Shown piece after piece: positions 63,661-64,000 of a DNA stretch of 64,000 bases. This stretch comes from an uncultured Alphaproteobacteria bacterium. Its GTDB lineage: Bacteria > Pseudomonadota > Alphaproteobacteria > ATCC43930 > CGMCC-115725. The DNA lies in the NCBI GenBank assembly GCA_963702685.1, contig CAVPDQ010000022.1, forward strand, positions 110,677 to 174,676, in the 5' to 3' direction. The notes beneath the pieces are model-generated. The model worked only from the letters and a program-made list of their open reading frames with translations, searched no databases and was not told the origin of the DNA. How positions within the stretch are numbered: the first letter of the stretch is position 1; each line of letters begins with the position of its first letter. Made by a program: the position numbers and the translations under genes.

Positions 63661-64000
63661 TCACTCGGACGGCGCAGCCGCCTCGGCCAGGATGCGCAAG
63701 CCGCTCATGATCGTTTCGAACAGCGCCCGCTCGCCGTAATCGAACCCCGGCTCGTCGAAAAACCCCTCGGCGAACAGCTCCATCTGCACCAGCGCGTCGC
63801 CGATCGAGGACGCTTGCATGGCGGCGATTTTTTCGCCGATCGCGTCGGCTTGGCGGTTGAGCGCGCCCTCCTCGTTTTCCAGGGTGGCGAGCCCGGCCCG
63901 GTCTTGCTCGGCCTCGCTGCGGGCCTTCGCCGCCGCGAGGTCTGCTGTCAATTCGGCGACCAGGCGTTCGCGGCGCGCAACCGGGATAGCTGCCGCGTCG
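63661..64000 (-). CDS. Hypothetical protein, C-terminal part (frame open to window edge)
   Basis: Ala/Glu-rich helical ORF. The frame stays open upstream of the tracked TTG start through base 64000. Confidence 0.45.
   Translation of the reverse strand, partial: DAAAIPVARRERLVAELTADLAAAKARSEAEQDRAGLATLENEEGALNRQADAIGEKIAAMQASSIGDALVQMELFAEGFFDEPGFDYGERALFETIMSGLRILAEAAAPSE

Overview
High-GC chromosomal segment that looks alphaproteobacterial, inferred from gene content: a GcrA-like protein, the DUF4167-prmC-prfA-hisS-ispG block, a RodZ-like protein and TamAB. All family calls are motif recognition by eye, not database searches. (1) Coordinates 1-23670 hold the right-hand ~23.7 kb of a prophage or phage-like particle cluster. 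Its structural genes are all on the minus strand: terS, terL, portal, protease-scaffold fusion, capsid, connector proteins, tail tube, G/T chaperones, tape measure and the start of a distal tail protein. A divergent XRE/S24 repressor sits 36 bp from clpB. Two cassettes interrupt the canonical order. Six translationally coupled genes, five with export-signal-like N-termini, lie between terL and portal (14014-19832). Five unknown ORFs lie between portal and protease (9162-12503). (2) 23.7-39.3 kb is conserved housekeeping: clpB, DUF4167, prmC, prfA, hisS, ispG, rodZ-like, rpmB, tamA and tamB. (3) 39.3-63.3 kb is a mosaic of metabolic genes. It contains a visibly A/T-richer orphan four-gene operon (42.2-44.3 kb) bracketed by an imperfect direct repeat, next to a promoter-plus-terminator unit. 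This operon is my top candidate for an undescribed system. The same region carries VapBC and DUF4258/DUF2283 toxin-antitoxin-type pairs, a solitary ATP-dependent DNA ligase, a CapD-like enzyme and a cNMP-gated K+ channel. (4) Two tRNA genes lie at 63.4-63.6 kb, one of them aberrant. Three reading frames are broken: the portal, a TPP enzyme and the last gene of the orphan operon. I saw no rRNA, CRISPR array, transposase or integrase.
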